Assembly: GCA_028716665.1 (NCBI GenBank)
Contig: JAQUPP010000002.1
Coordinates: 267,717 to 331,716 of the forward strand
DNA from: Patescibacteria group bacterium
GTDB lineage: Bacteria; Patescibacteriota; Patescibacteriia; UBA2591; JAQUPP01
Reading direction: 5' to 3'
DNA: 64,000 nucleotides
Shown here in pieces: positions 47,042-56,957 of the stretch (position 1 is its first letter; each line of letters opens with the position of its first letter). The notes beneath the pieces are model-generated. The model ran no database searches. It had not been told where the DNA came from and worked only from the letters and a program-made list of their open reading frames with translations. Made by a program: the position numbers and the translations under genes.

Positions 47042-47455
47042 ATGGAGAAGAAAATAACAGAAGATTTTGTTAAACATGCAATAATTAAGTGGCTATCATC
47101 AAATGGTTGGGGATATTTTCAATTTGGAAATTTACATGATCATGGTGTTGATCTTAAGGCTAAAAATTTTAAATACTCTCGATATTTTTTTATTGAAACA
47201 AAAGGGCAAGGAAAAATAAGACAGGCAGATGAGGTCGCTTTTATCTATTCACTCGGGCAGATTATTACAAGAATGAAATCTGGCGGATCAACACGAAATT
47301 ATTATGCATTAGGATTACCTGATGTAAGTGCAAAAATTGCTATTCGGCGTATTCCGTGGCAAGTAGCTAAAAAACTTTTACTTTATGTATTTTCTGTAGA
47401 TAAATCTGGAAAAGTAAAACAATACTCTTGGCAAAATCTTAAAAAAATTCAATAG
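47042..47455 (+). CDS. small PD-(D/E)xK nuclease-like protein
   Basis: E..VK..I..WL...GW, GVDL, FIETKG, GQII.RM. Confidence 0.7.
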   Translation: MEKKITEDFVKHAIIKWLSSNGWGYFQFGNLHDHGVDLKAKNFKYSRYFFIETKGQGKIRQADEVAFIYSLGQIITRMKSGGSTRNYYALGLPDVSAKIAIRRIPWQVAKKLLLYVFSVDKSGKVKQYSWQNLKKIQ

Positions 47456-47529
47456 GCAGTGCACTAATTTTACTGACAAAAAATTAGGCGAAAAAAAATA
47501 ATATATTATAAAATAATTTTAAAAATTTT

Positions 47530-47718
47530 ATGAGTAAAATTCAAACTAATTCAGGACAAATTAGAAAAAAAAGAGAGGATACTTTAATTAAAAATATTGA
47601 AAAACAATATGGTGTTAATTTTGGCGTGCGAGGCGACGAAAAACTTGGAACATATCTTAGAGACAAAGGACTTCCTTCTCTTTCTAAGGCTCTAGTCAAA
47701 GTGACAAAAAAGAGATAA
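47530..47718 (+). CDS. small basic hypothetical protein
   Basis: 62 aa, RKKREDT...IEKQYG...R.D.KLG. Confidence 0.7.
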   Translation: MSKIQTNSGQIRKKREDTLIKNIEKQYGVNFGVRGDEKLGTYLRDKGLPSLSKALVKVTKKR

Positions 47719-47722
47719 CCAT

Positions 47723-48238
47723 ATGAATATTGATACTTTTTATAAAAATGTTAAATGGAATCTTGAACAAATCGTGGTTCAGGTTGGACATGCAGAAGGA
47801 GTAAAGGGAAGAGCTAGAAGCGGATATTATAAGTCGGCAATTATTTTAGCCGCTTCAATAATAGAAGCACTTGCATATAAAATATTAGAGCAAAATTATT
47901 CTCTAGAAATGCCGTTAGAAGATTGGAAGTGTGTACGTTCAAATTTTTTGCCCGAACAATATAAAAGCGATAAAGGAGAAAGGTTAAGTATTTGTGAGAG
48001 AAAAAGATTTAAGTTTGAGCTAAATAAACAAACTGATTTCAAAAAGGTAAACGAGGTTTGTCATTTCCTTAATGTTTTCTCAACAAAATCATTCAAAAAA
48101 ATAGAAAAGGTAAGAAAATTAAGGAATAGAATACATATTCAAGGATTAGATGATTTGGATAGAAGTTATACAAAAAAAGAATTGGAATTTGTTTCATCTG
48201 TCATGAATGAATTACTAAACAAGATTAATCATGGATAA
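47723..48238 (+). CDS. HEPN-like protein
   Basis: SAIILAASIIEAL helix and RKLRNRIH motif. Confidence 0.7.
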   Translation: MNIDTFYKNVKWNLEQIVVQVGHAEGVKGRARSGYYKSAIILAASIIEALAYKILEQNYSLEMPLEDWKCVRSNFLPEQYKSDKGERLSICERKRFKFELNKQTDFKKVNEVCHFLNVFSTKSFKKIEKVRKLRNRIHIQGLDDLDRSYTKKELEFVSSVMNELLNKINHG

Positions 48239-48249
48239 TTTATTAAACT

Positions 48250-48615
48250 ATGATTAACAATATCGAAAAATTAACTGAGTCCCAACTTGTTGAATATACG
48301 GGCGAAAAAGCTAAACTTTCAGGAATGTCGAGCGGACTTGATGCCCAACAAGCTCAGGCTGAACTTACCAAACGTCTAATTGACAGTATTCGAAATTTTG
48401 ATGATGCCTCTTCTAGATATTCCAAAATTTTATTAATACTCACAATGATTTTAATGGAAATTGGTATTTCTCAAATACTTATAACTTTATTTCAATTTGA
48501 ACGGTTATGGGAAAAAATGTTAATATACTTTATTATTCTTTTGGGTTTTATTATATTATTTATATATGCTTATAAATCAATTTTTAATGACGACAAAAAA
48601 TTAAATAATAAATAA
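48250..48615 (+). CDS. two-TM membrane protein
   Basis: 121 aa, C-terminal TM pair. Confidence 0.7.
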   Translation: MINNIEKLTESQLVEYTGEKAKLSGMSSGLDAQQAQAELTKRLIDSIRNFDDASSRYSKILLILTMILMEIGISQILITLFQFERLWEKMLIYFIILLGFIILFIYAYKSIFNDDKKLNNK

Positions 48616-48616
48616 T

Positions 48617-49372
48617 ATGTCTGAATATTATAACCCAAACAGAACAAGAAATCTTTACAGTCCTATTTCAAAGGAAGTTTTTCGTTTAAGTCGGTCAAAG
48701 ATTGATTTATTCATAAAATGTCCGAGGTGTTTTTATTTGGATCGCCGGCTTGGCGTCGGCCAACCGCCCGGATTTCCGTTTTCCTTGAATTCCGCCGTGG
48801 ATAAACTTTTGAAAAAAGAATTTGATATTCATCGGGCTAAAGGAGTGGCGCATCCGTTAATGACCGAATATGGCGTGGACGCGGTGCCGTTGGTTCATAA
48901 AAAAATGGAAGAATGGCGTGATTCTTTGCGCGCCGGCATAACTTATCAAATACCCGGCACGAATATAATGATTACCGGCGGCGTGGATGATGTTTGGGTA
49001 AATCCGAAAGGCGAATTTCTGATTGTTGATTACAAAGCCACTTCAAAAAGTGAGGAAGTTAATTTGGATGCCGAATGGCAGATTGGGTATAAACGGCAGA
49101 TGGAAATATATCAATGGTTGTTCAGGCAAAATGGTTTTAAAGTGTCTTCAACCGGTTATTTTGTTTATTGCAACGGCGACGCGGACAAAAAAGCGTTTGA
49201 CGGCAAATTGGAATTTGACATCAAAATTATTCCGTATAAAGGCGATGATTCTTGGGTTGAAAAAACCGTTAAAGAGGCGATAGAGTGCCTTAATTCCGAC
49301 ATTCTCCCTAAACCCGGACCCGACTGCGACTTTTGTAAATACCGCCAAGCGGTCAAAAAATTTGAGAACTAA
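48617..49372 (+). CDS. PD-(D/E)xK nuclease, RecB/Cas4-like
   Basis: SRS...CPRCFY, GGVDD, IVDYK, QMEIY, CDFC. Confidence 0.85.
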   Translation: MSEYYNPNRTRNLYSPISKEVFRLSRSKIDLFIKCPRCFYLDRRLGVGQPPGFPFSLNSAVDKLLKKEFDIHRAKGVAHPLMTEYGVDAVPLVHKKMEEWRDSLRAGITYQIPGTNIMITGGVDDVWVNPKGEFLIVDYKATSKSEEVNLDAEWQIGYKRQMEIYQWLFRQNGFKVSSTGYFVYCNGDADKKAFDGKLEFDIKIIPYKGDDSWVEKTVKEAIECLNSDILPKPGPDCDFCKYRQAVKKFEN

Positions 49373-49383
49373 AATAATAATTT

Positions 49384-50232
49384 ATGATAAATAATAAACA
49401 AATCACGATTTTTGAAGGTCAAAAAATCCGCCGGCTATGGGACGAAAAAAAAGAAAAATGGTATTTTTCAGTTATTGATATTATGGCCGTTCTTACAGAG
49501 CAACCCGATTTTAAAAAAGCGCAAAGCTATTGGACAACGCTTAAAAATCGTTTAAAACAAGAAGGGAATGAGTCTGTCACAAAATGTGACAAACTGAAAT
49601 TACAATCTACTGATGGAAAGTATTATAAAACCGACACAGCCGACGTAGAAACAATTTTGCGCCTTATTCAATCAGTTCCGAGTAAAAAAGCTGAACCGAT
49701 AAAATTATGGCTGGCGCGCGTGGGTTATGAAAGAATACAAGAAACCGTTGATCCGGAAAAATCAATCAATCGGGGCAGAATGAATTGGCAAAGAATGGGC
49801 CGAAGCCAAAAATGGATACAGCAAAGAATGATGGGGCAGGAAATCAGAAATAAATTGACGGATTATTGGAAAAATAACGAAGTCAAAGAGCAGGACGAAT
49901 ACGCTATTTTGACAAATATTATTCATCAAGAATGGATCGATTTGTCGGTTAAGGATCATAAGAATTTAAAAAAATTGAAAACAGAAAATTTGCGCGATCA
50001 TATGACGGATGCGGAATTGGTTTTTTCGGCCTTGGCGGAACTTTCCACACGTGAAATCGCCGAAACAATGAAAACAAAAGGCTTGGAAGAAAATAAAATT
50101 CCGGCGGTTAAGGGAGGCCGCATTGCCAAAAATGCGCGATTGGAATTGGAACAGAAAACCGGCAAAAGTGTTGTCAGCAGAGAAAATTTTTTACAATCTC
50201 CAAAAAATGGAAAAAAATTAATTAAAAAATAA
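49384..50232 (+). CDS. Bro-N domain protein
   Basis: IRR.WD...WYFSVIDI, DGK.Y.TD, LRDHM. Confidence 0.85.
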   Translation: MINNKQITIFEGQKIRRLWDEKKEKWYFSVIDIMAVLTEQPDFKKAQSYWTTLKNRLKQEGNESVTKCDKLKLQSTDGKYYKTDTADVETILRLIQSVPSKKAEPIKLWLARVGYERIQETVDPEKSINRGRMNWQRMGRSQKWIQQRMMGQEIRNKLTDYWKNNEVKEQDEYAILTNIIHQEWIDLSVKDHKNLKKLKTENLRDHMTDAELVFSALAELSTREIAETMKTKGLEENKIPAVKGGRIAKNARLELEQKTGKSVVSRENFLQSPKNGKKLIKK

Positions 50233-50280
50233 TTATAGCTTGATTTTAATTTGCTTTTTTATTAACTTTAAATAAAAATT

Positions 50281-50793
50281 ATGAGACCGACAAAAAATGA
50301 ATACTATTTAATGATTGCCGAGAGAGTAAAAAATCGTGGCACTTGTCTTCGCGCTAAAATTGGAGCGATTATTGTCAGAGATGATCAAATTATCGCTACC
50401 GGTTATTTGGGCAGTCCAAGACAAACAAAAGATTGTCTTGAAAGAAATGATTGTCTAAGAGACAAATTGAATATTCCTCACGGCCAAAGATATGAACTTT
50501 GCCGAAGCGTACATGCTGAACAAAATTGTATTTTAAACGCTGCCCGAGCAGGAGTATCTCTTTTGAATGGCGATATGTATATTTACGGTGAAAATCAGAA
50601 AGGTGAAAAAACCGATGCTTTTCCTTGTTTTATTTGCAAAAAAATGATTATCAATGCCGGTTTAAAAAGAGTGGTTTGCTCCACAAGAGAAGGGGATATA
50701 AAAGTTTTTAATGTTGAAGATTGGGCGCGCGATTGGCAAGAAAAAGATATTATAGACGATCAGCAACAATACGGAAAAGACCAAAATAAATAA
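50281..50793 (+). CDS. dCMP deaminase family protein
   Basis: RGTC, HAEQN, PCFICKK. Confidence 0.9.
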   Translation: MRPTKNEYYLMIAERVKNRGTCLRAKIGAIIVRDDQIIATGYLGSPRQTKDCLERNDCLRDKLNIPHGQRYELCRSVHAEQNCILNAARAGVSLLNGDMYIYGENQKGEKTDAFPCFICKKMIINAGLKRVVCSTREGDIKVFNVEDWARDWQEKDIIDDQQQYGKDQNK

Positions 50794-50807
50794 TAAATAA
50801 AAAATAT

Positions 50808-51299
50808 ATGAATAAAAAAAATGTTATCAAGTTTTTAATTTATTTCGGTTTTTGTGAATGCGCCGGCGCCATTGGCAGTATTTTCACCGTTTCGGCCATC
50901 AAAAATTGGTATGTATTTTTAGAAAAACCGTCTTTCAGTCCGCCAAATTGGTTATTCGGTCCGGCCTGGACCACACTTTATCTATTAATGGCAATTTCCA
51001 TTTTTCTCATTTCGTCCTCTTACGCTAAAGCTACAGAAGGACAGAGCAAAAAAATAAAAATGGTTTCTCGTCTTTTCTGGATTCATTTATTTTTTAACGC
51101 CATTTGGTCATTTTTATTTTTCGGATTGGAGAGCCCATTACTCGGACTTTTTGACATTATAATTTTATGGGTGATGATCGGAATTTTGACTTTTCAATTC
51201 TTCAAAATCAGAAAACTGGCCGGAATTTTATTTATTCCTTATTGGCTTTGGGTTTCTTTTGCCACAATTTTAAACTTTTTTGTTTGGAAATTAAATTAA
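50808..51299 (+). CDS. tspO: TspO/MBR family protein
   Basis: WY..LEKP...PPNW.FGP.W, N..WS.LFF, PY..WV.FA..LN. Confidence 0.92.
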   Translation: MNKKNVIKFLIYFGFCECAGAIGSIFTVSAIKNWYVFLEKPSFSPPNWLFGPAWTTLYLLMAISIFLISSSYAKATEGQSKKIKMVSRLFWIHLFFNAIWSFLFFGLESPLLGLFDIIILWVMIGILTFQFFKIRKLAGILFIPYWLWVSFATILNFFVWKLN

Positions 51300-51483
51300 C
51301 CCTTCGACAAACTCAGGATAAATCCTTCGACAAACTCAGGATAAATCCTTCGACAAACTCAGGATAAACCCTTCGACAAACTCAGGATAAACCCTTCGAT
51401 ACTTCAACAGATTCAGTACAAGTAAACTCAGGATAAATCCTTCGATACTTCAACAGATTCAGTACAAGTAAACTCAGGATAAA
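51300..51483. repeat. tandem array: four 23-bp units and two 46-bp units
   Basis: YCCTTCGACAAACTCAGGATAAA units; the last two carry TACTTCAACAGATTCAGTACAAGT. Confidence 0.95.
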
Positions 51484-51498
51484 TCATTTAATAAATTT

Positions 51499-52182
51499 AT
51501 GAAAAATAAAAGACTCATTTTGATTTTTATTTTAATATTTATGGCAATCGGGTGCGGCATTTATTTTTTGATTTTTAAATCAGTTAATAAAGAACCCCCG
51601 AAGCCGCTTACGGCGTCAAAGCCAACTGTTTTTTGGATTGACAACAGGACATTATCAGTACTTTTTAAAATTGAAAATCCCAACAGAAATTACGGATCGG
51701 ATAATTATTCATACACGATCAATCTTTATGACGACCATGAAAATTTGATAAAATCAATTCAGAAATCACTTTTTATTTACAGAGGAGAAACTCAAACTTT
51801 GGCTGAAACAAAAATTGATACGGGCGGAAATATGGTTGGCCGGGCGGAAGTGGTTATTGGCGACACAAATTGGATTCCGGCGATCAATTTTACAAAACCT
51901 ATTTTAAAAACGGAAGCTTTGGAAACGACCAAAGAAAAAAACAGTTCTTATAAAATCAACGTAAAATTATATAATCCGAATGATTTTGATATTTCCAAAC
52001 TTGTTGTCAGCGCGGTTTTGTTCAGCAAAGAAGGACGGGAAATGGCAGTGGTCAGAGCGGACTCGGATTCCATGAAGGCCAAAAGAAGCAAGGGGCTTAT
52101 ATCTTACATAAACATTGATTCTTCCATGGAACAATATCTTGACATGTCGGCTACAAAATTTTACATATACGCCAAAAAATAA
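51499..52182 (+). CDS. membrane-anchored extracellular protein
   Basis: N-terminal TM, repeated beta-sandwich-like NPN motifs. Confidence 0.75.
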   Translation: MKNKRLILIFILIFMAIGCGIYFLIFKSVNKEPPKPLTASKPTVFWIDNRTLSVLFKIENPNRNYGSDNYSYTINLYDDHENLIKSIQKSLFIYRGETQTLAETKIDTGGNMVGRAEVVIGDTNWIPAINFTKPILKTEALETTKEKNSSYKINVKLYNPNDFDISKLVVSAVLFSKEGREMAVVRADSDSMKAKRSKGLISYINIDSSMEQYLDMSATKFYIYAKK

Positions 52183-52203
52183 ATAATTTAAATAATAAAT
52201 TTT

Positions 52204-52485
52204 ATGAAAAATTTTGAAACACCGAATTTATCAGCCGAAACAAAAAGAGAGAAAGCGTTAAATCCCAACGAAACAAAAGAATTGGGACAAGATATGAAGG
52301 AATATACAGAAGGATTAAAATTAAGGATTGAAGAAATTAAAACAGAATTAAAAACAGAAACCAATACGGGGATAAGAGTTGAACTGGAAAACGAATTGGC
52401 GGATTTGGAAGAACAATATGAAGGATTAAAGGGTTTTACCGACGACATTGAATCGGGAAATTTTGAAGAAATTATTGAGAAATAA
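52204..52485 (+). CDS. acidic coiled-coil hypothetical protein
   Basis: 93-aa ORF. Confidence 0.65.
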   Translation: MKNFETPNLSAETKREKALNPNETKELGQDMKEYTEGLKLRIEEIKTELKTETNTGIRVELENELADLEEQYEGLKGFTDDIESGNFEEIIEK

Positions 52486-52489
52486 TCCA

Positions 52490-52518
52490 TTGACGTATTT
52501 TAATTTTTCGGCTATTAT
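52490..52518 (+). promoter_or_regulatory. promoter of cassette U12
   Basis: TTGACG-17nt-TATTAT; boxA-like GTTCTTTAAAA at 52528. Confidence 0.75.
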
Positions 52519-52547
52519 ATAAAGAAGGTTCTTTAAAAGGAGGAAAA

Positions 52548-52898
52548 ATGAAAAAGAAAAAATATTCATCGTTTTATCGGGAATTTAAGGAAATGCATGC
52601 AATGCGAAAAAAGATTGATGCGAAATGTAAGCAAATAAATAAATTAATGGCAGAAAAAGGCAAGTTAGAGAAAGAAAAGGTTAAAAAACTTAAGAAATTT
52701 GTAGGAAAACGAGTTGAAATATGTTGGGACGACGATTCGCAATGGAAAGGTAAAATAGAGTGTACTTTAGTTAAAATTTTTGAAGATCGTAATTTTGGCT
52801 GGGGATGTAAAATAGAACAGAAATCCATAAAATATATTCGTGGTCCCGAAACAAAAATATTATTTGTGAACGAAATTACGAAGATAGAAAAAGTTTAA
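52548..52898 (+). CDS. coiled-coil plus Sm/SH3-like small protein (cassette U12), paralogue of 60325-60675
   Basis: SSFYRE, GKRVEICW, WKGKI.CTL, RGP shared; SD AAGGAGG. Confidence 0.8.
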   Translation: MKKKKYSSFYREFKEMHAMRKKIDAKCKQINKLMAEKGKLEKEKVKKLKKFVGKRVEICWDDDSQWKGKIECTLVKIFEDRNFGWGCKIEQKSIKYIRGPETKILFVNEITKIEKV

Positions 52899-52903
52899 TT
52901 TAA

Positions 52904-52933
52904 AAAAGGTCCGCAATAATTCGCGGGCCTTTT
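52904..52933 (+). terminator. terminator of U12
   Basis: AAGGTCCGCAATAATTCGCGGGCCTTTT. Confidence 0.8.
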
Positions 52934-53000
52934 CTTATTGATTTTTTTATATTTATCGTCTGGACAAAAATTTTAAAATTGATATAATTTTAACTCATAT

Positions 53001-53228
53001 ATGTCTAAATTCGCAGATAAACAATATTTAATGGAATCTTTGAAGATATTCAGCCGGTTGTCGGTTTGGATTGTTTTCCCGGCTCTTTTGGGAGCTTTAT
53101 TGGGAAAATGGCTGGATAAAAAATATAACAGTTCGCCGCGTTGGTTTTTAATCGTCATCGGCTTATCTTTTATTTTTTCAATGATTGCTTTGGTCAAAAA
53201 TACTTTAGAAGAATATAAAAAGTATTAA
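53001..53228 (+). CDS. AtpZ/AtpI family protein
   Basis: two TMs, GKWLDKKY...P, first gene of the atp operon. Confidence 0.85.
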   Translation: MSKFADKQYLMESLKIFSRLSVWIVFPALLGALLGKWLDKKYNSSPRWFLIVIGLSFIFSMIALVKNTLEEYKKY

Positions 53229-53329
53229 CTCTTTGATATCTGCGCTCGCTCGGAAAAGTAATCCACTAGTAAGCGAACTACTTTTCTCTCACTCGCTTGA
53301 TAATAAAAAGATTGAAAAACGCAAATAAT

Positions 53330-54157
53330 ATGTCTAATAGTGCCGGAGAACAAATTTTGCACGAAAATACTTTATATGCCGAACAGGTTTTTCATGTCGG
53401 TAATTTTCCCATTACTAATTCCATAATTAATTCTTGGATAGTAGTGATTATTTTTGTCGTCGCTTTGGTTTGGTCTTTAAAAGGAAAAATAAAACAAGTG
53501 CCTCGCGGCTTGCAGAATGCCTTGGAAATGGTTTTTGAATCATTTTTTGATATTTTTGATTCGGTTACCGGCAGTCGCAAAAAGACTTTACACTTCGCTC
53601 CGTTTGTTTTATCTTTTTTCTTTTTTGTTTTAATCAATAACTGGATGGGTCTTTTGCCCGGAGTCGGATCTATTGGCCAGATAGTATCCGAAGGAGGGCA
53701 TAAATTATTTATTCCTTATTTTCGCGGCGCTACGGCTGATTTGAACACCACTTTGGCTTTGGCTTCCTTGGCGGTCGTAGTCAGTCATATTATGGGAGTC
53801 GTGGCTGTCGGTTGGTGGAAATATCTGAACAAATTCATCAATTTTAAAATTTTATTGGAAATACCGAAAAAAATTATCAAAGATCCGACTATCTTGCTTA
53901 TTAACCCGATTAAATTTTTTGTCGGCTTGATTGAAATAGTGGGTGAGTTGGCAAAAGTTGCCAGCTTATCTTTTCGTTTATTTGGAAATATTTTTGCCGG
54001 TGAAGTATTACTGGCCTCAATGTCGGCCATATTCGCTTTCGGTTTGCCACTGCCGTTTATGTTTTTGGAAGTTATTGTTGGTTTCATCCAAGCTTTGATT
54101 TTTTCAATTTTAGTGTTAATATATCTATCCATTGCCACTACGGCGGAAGAACATTAA
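53330..54157 (+). CDS. atpB: ATP synthase subunit a
   Basis: NWMGLLPG, TADLN, SLSFRLFGNIFAGE, IQA. Confidence 0.96.
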   Translation: MSNSAGEQILHENTLYAEQVFHVGNFPITNSIINSWIVVIIFVVALVWSLKGKIKQVPRGLQNALEMVFESFFDIFDSVTGSRKKTLHFAPFVLSFFFFVLINNWMGLLPGVGSIGQIVSEGGHKLFIPYFRGATADLNTTLALASLAVVVSHIMGVVAVGWWKYLNKFINFKILLEIPKKIIKDPTILLINPIKFFVGLIEIVGELAKVASLSFRLFGNIFAGEVLLASMSAIFAFGLPLPFMFLEVIVGFIQALIFSILVLIYLSIATTAEEH

Positions 54158-54183
54158 TTAAAGGTCAATTTAAAAAAATATAA

Positions 54184-54411
<228 letters not shown>

Positions 54412-54486
54412 CATCAAATAGCAATTTGACGAACTGCTCCTTTTTCGGGAGCAGAGGTTAAATTATTATTATATTAAATTTTTTAT

Positions 54487-54975
54487 ATGGATTCATTAGT
54501 TTCTATTTTTCACATTGATTTTAAATTATTTTTGGCTCAACTGATTAATTTCGCGATTATCTTTTTTGTGCTTTATAAATTCGCTTTTAAGCCGATTGCT
54601 AAAGTAATGCAAGAAAGAACCGTGACGATTGAAAAAAGTTTGAATGATGCCAAGGAAGTTGAAAAAAAATTGGCCGAAACAAATCTTGAACAAATTAAAA
54701 TTTTAAACAGCGCCAAGAAAGACGCTTTGGCTATTGTTGAAAATGCCAATCAGTCGGCTGAAATCAATAAGCAAAAATTAGTTGAAAAAACCAAATTGGA
54801 AGTGGCGGCTATTTTTGAAAGCGAGAAAGCCAAAATCGCTCAAGAAAAAGAAGAATCAATCAAAGAAATAAAAAATGAAATGACTGATTTGGTGGTTTTG
54901 GCCGTGGAAAAAGTGCTTAAGGAAAAAATGACTGATGTTAAAGATAAAAAAATAATTGAGGATTTAATTAAATAA
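54487..54975 (+). CDS. atpF: ATP synthase subunit b
   Basis: QLINF TM, KP....ER, coiled coil. Confidence 0.94.
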   Translation: MDSLVSIFHIDFKLFLAQLINFAIIFFVLYKFAFKPIAKVMQERTVTIEKSLNDAKEVEKKLAETNLEQIKILNSAKKDALAIVENANQSAEINKQKLVEKTKLEVAAIFESEKAKIAQEKEESIKEIKNEMTDLVVLAVEKVLKEKMTDVKDKKIIEDLIK

Positions 54976-54994
54976 TAAAAGGGTATAATATATT

Positions 54995-55396
54995 ATGAAA
55001 ATTTCCGCTCGACAATATGCCGAGAGTTTGGCTCAATCCATCTCTTCAAAAAGCAAGCCTGAAATGGCGGTGATTTTGGATAATTTCGCCAAAATTATGA
55101 TGGAAAATCGGGATTTAAATCGATTGAATGAGATTCTGTCTGCTTTTTCCAAAATTTGGGATAAGAATCAGGGAGAATTGGCGGTTGAATTTACCGGCGC
55201 TCGAGCTATTTCGGAAAAAACCAAAAAAGAAATTGAAGAATATTTAAAATTGAAAACCGGCGCACAAAAAATAGTTTTAACCGAAAAAACAGATGAAGAT
55301 ATTCTAGGCGGCCTTGTTCTGCGTTATGAAGACAAAGTGATCAATGCTAGCTTGAAACAATCTTTGCAGGATTTAAAAAACGAAATGAATAAATAG
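54995..55396 (+). CDS. atpH: ATP synthase subunit delta, short
   Basis: ARQYA, ILGGLV...D.VINAS, operon position. Confidence 0.9.
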   Translation: MKISARQYAESLAQSISSKSKPEMAVILDNFAKIMMENRDLNRLNEILSAFSKIWDKNQGELAVEFTGARAISEKTKKEIEEYLKLKTGAQKIVLTEKTDEDILGGLVLRYEDKVINASLKQSLQDLKNEMNK

Positions 55397-55430
55397 AACA
55401 AATAATAAAAATAATAATTTTATAAAAAAT

Positions 55431-56954
55431 ATGTCAAATACGAAAGATTTCATCATTGAACAGCTTAAAAGCCGAATTTCCGGTTATCAAGCTGAAGCCA
55501 AAGAACAGACGGTCGGTCGAGTTTTAAAAATTTCCGACGGTATTGCTTTGATTTCAGGATTGTCCGATGCCATGATGTCTGAAATTTTAATTTTTAAATC
55601 CAACGGACAAGAAATTGTCGGCGTGGCTTTAAACTTGGAAGAAAATTTGGTCGGAGCTATTATCTTGGGTGAATTTGCAGTTATTAAAGAAGGTGATGAA
55701 GTGGTTTGCACCAAAAGAATTTTGGAAGTTCCGGTTGGTCCGAATTTAGTCGGACGCGTAGTTGATCCATTGGGCGCTCCGCTTGACGGAAAAGGAAAAA
55801 TTGAAGCGGCTAAATTTTATCCGGTTGAAAAAATCGCCCCGGGTGTTATTACCCGCGCCAAGGTTAAAGATCCTGTTCAAACCGGTATTAAAGCCATTGA
55901 TGCCATGATTCCAATCGGCCGCGGTCAGAGAGAATTGATTATCGGCGATCGCCAAATCGGAAAAACAGCCATTGCGATTGATGCTATTATCAATCAAAAA
56001 GGCCAGAATATGAAATGTATTTATGTGGCCATTGGACAAAAAGAATCAAAAATAGCCAATATCGTTGCTAAGTTGGAAGAAGCCGGAGCCATGAGTTATA
56101 CGACCATTGTTTTGGCCGGTGCTTCAAATTCAGCTTCATTATTATATATTGCTCCTTATGCCGGTTGCGCCATGGCTGAATATTTTTTAGATCAAGGCGA
56201 AGATGTCTTGATTATTTATGATGATTTATCCAAACACGCGGTCGCTTATCGTGAAATTTCTTTATTATTGCGCAGACCGCCGGGACGCGAAGCTTATCCG
56301 GGTGATGTATTTTATCTTCATTCCAGATTATTGGAACGTTCCTGCAAATTAAATGCTGATTTTGGCGGCGGTTCCATTACCGCTTTGCCGATTATTGAAA
56401 CTCAAGCCGGCGATGTTTCGGCTTATATTCCAACCAATGTTATTTCCATTACTGACGGCCAAATTTATTTGGAACCTGATTTATTTTATCAGGGCCAGCG
56501 TCCGTCCGTAAATGCCGGTTTGTCAGTTTCTCGCGTCGGTTCAACAGCTCAAATTAAAGCCATGAAAAAAGTAGCCGGAAAAATGCGTTTGGAAGCCGCT
56601 CAATATCGCGAACTGGCCGCGTTTGCCCAATTCGGTTCTGACCTGGATACTGATACTAAAAATAAATTGGAAAGAGGCAAGAGATTGTATGAAATTTTCA
56701 AACAAGATCAATATTTGCCCGTTCATGTCGCCAAACAAGTTCTGATTTATTATGCTTTGATTAACGGCTATGTTGATAATGTTCCGGTGGAAAAAACCAG
56801 AGAATTTGAACAAGGACTGATGAAATACGCAGATTTGAATAATCAAGTTTTGAATTTAATTGAAGAAAAAAAAGAATTAACCGAAGAAGTGGAGGTTAAA
56901 ATAAAAAAATTAATTGACGATTATAAAGCCACTCTGGATTATTTGACTAAGTAA
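55431..56954 (+). CDS. atpA: ATP synthase subunit alpha
   Basis: [28 protein letters not shown]. Confidence 0.98.
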   Translation: MSNTKDFIIEQLKSRISGYQAEAKEQTVGRVLKISDGIALISGLSDAMMSEILIFKSNGQEIVGVALNLEENLVGAIILGEFAVIKEGDEVVCTKRILEVPVGPNLVGRVVDPLGAPLDGKGKIEAAKFYPVEKIAPGVITRAKVKDPVQTGIKAIDAMIPIGRGQRELIIGDRQIGKTAIAIDAIINQKGQNMKCIYVAIGQKESKIANIVAKLEEAGAMSYTTIVLAGASNSASLLYIAPYAGCAMAEYFLDQGEDVLIIYDDLSKHAVAYREISLLLRRPPGREAYPGDVFYLHSRLLERSCKLNADFGGGSITALPIIETQAGDVSAYIPTNVISITDGQIYLEPDLFYQGQRPSVNAGLSVSRVGSTAQIKAMKKVAGKMRLEAAQYRELAAFAQFGSDLDTDTKNKLERGKRLYEIFKQDQYLPVHVAKQVLIYYALINGYVDNVPVEKTREFEQGLMKYADLNNQVLNLIEEKKELTEEVEVKIKKLIDDYKATLDYLTK

Positions 56955-56957
56955 TAT

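Noticed and set aside
48617-49372. cas4 of a CRISPR system
   Set aside because: Stand-alone RecB-like nuclease with no cas1/cas2 or array nearby
40451-50232. Prophage suggested by Bro-N, DinD and nucleases
   Set aside because: No structural, terminase or integrase genes; better read as a defence/accessory island
51300-51483. CRISPR array
   Set aside because: Units are contiguous, the two inserts are identical rather than unique spacers, and no cas operon is present
54434-54454. Hairpin after atpE as a novel element
   Set aside because: Consistent with an ordinary intercistronic stabiliser that raises c-subunit mRNA level
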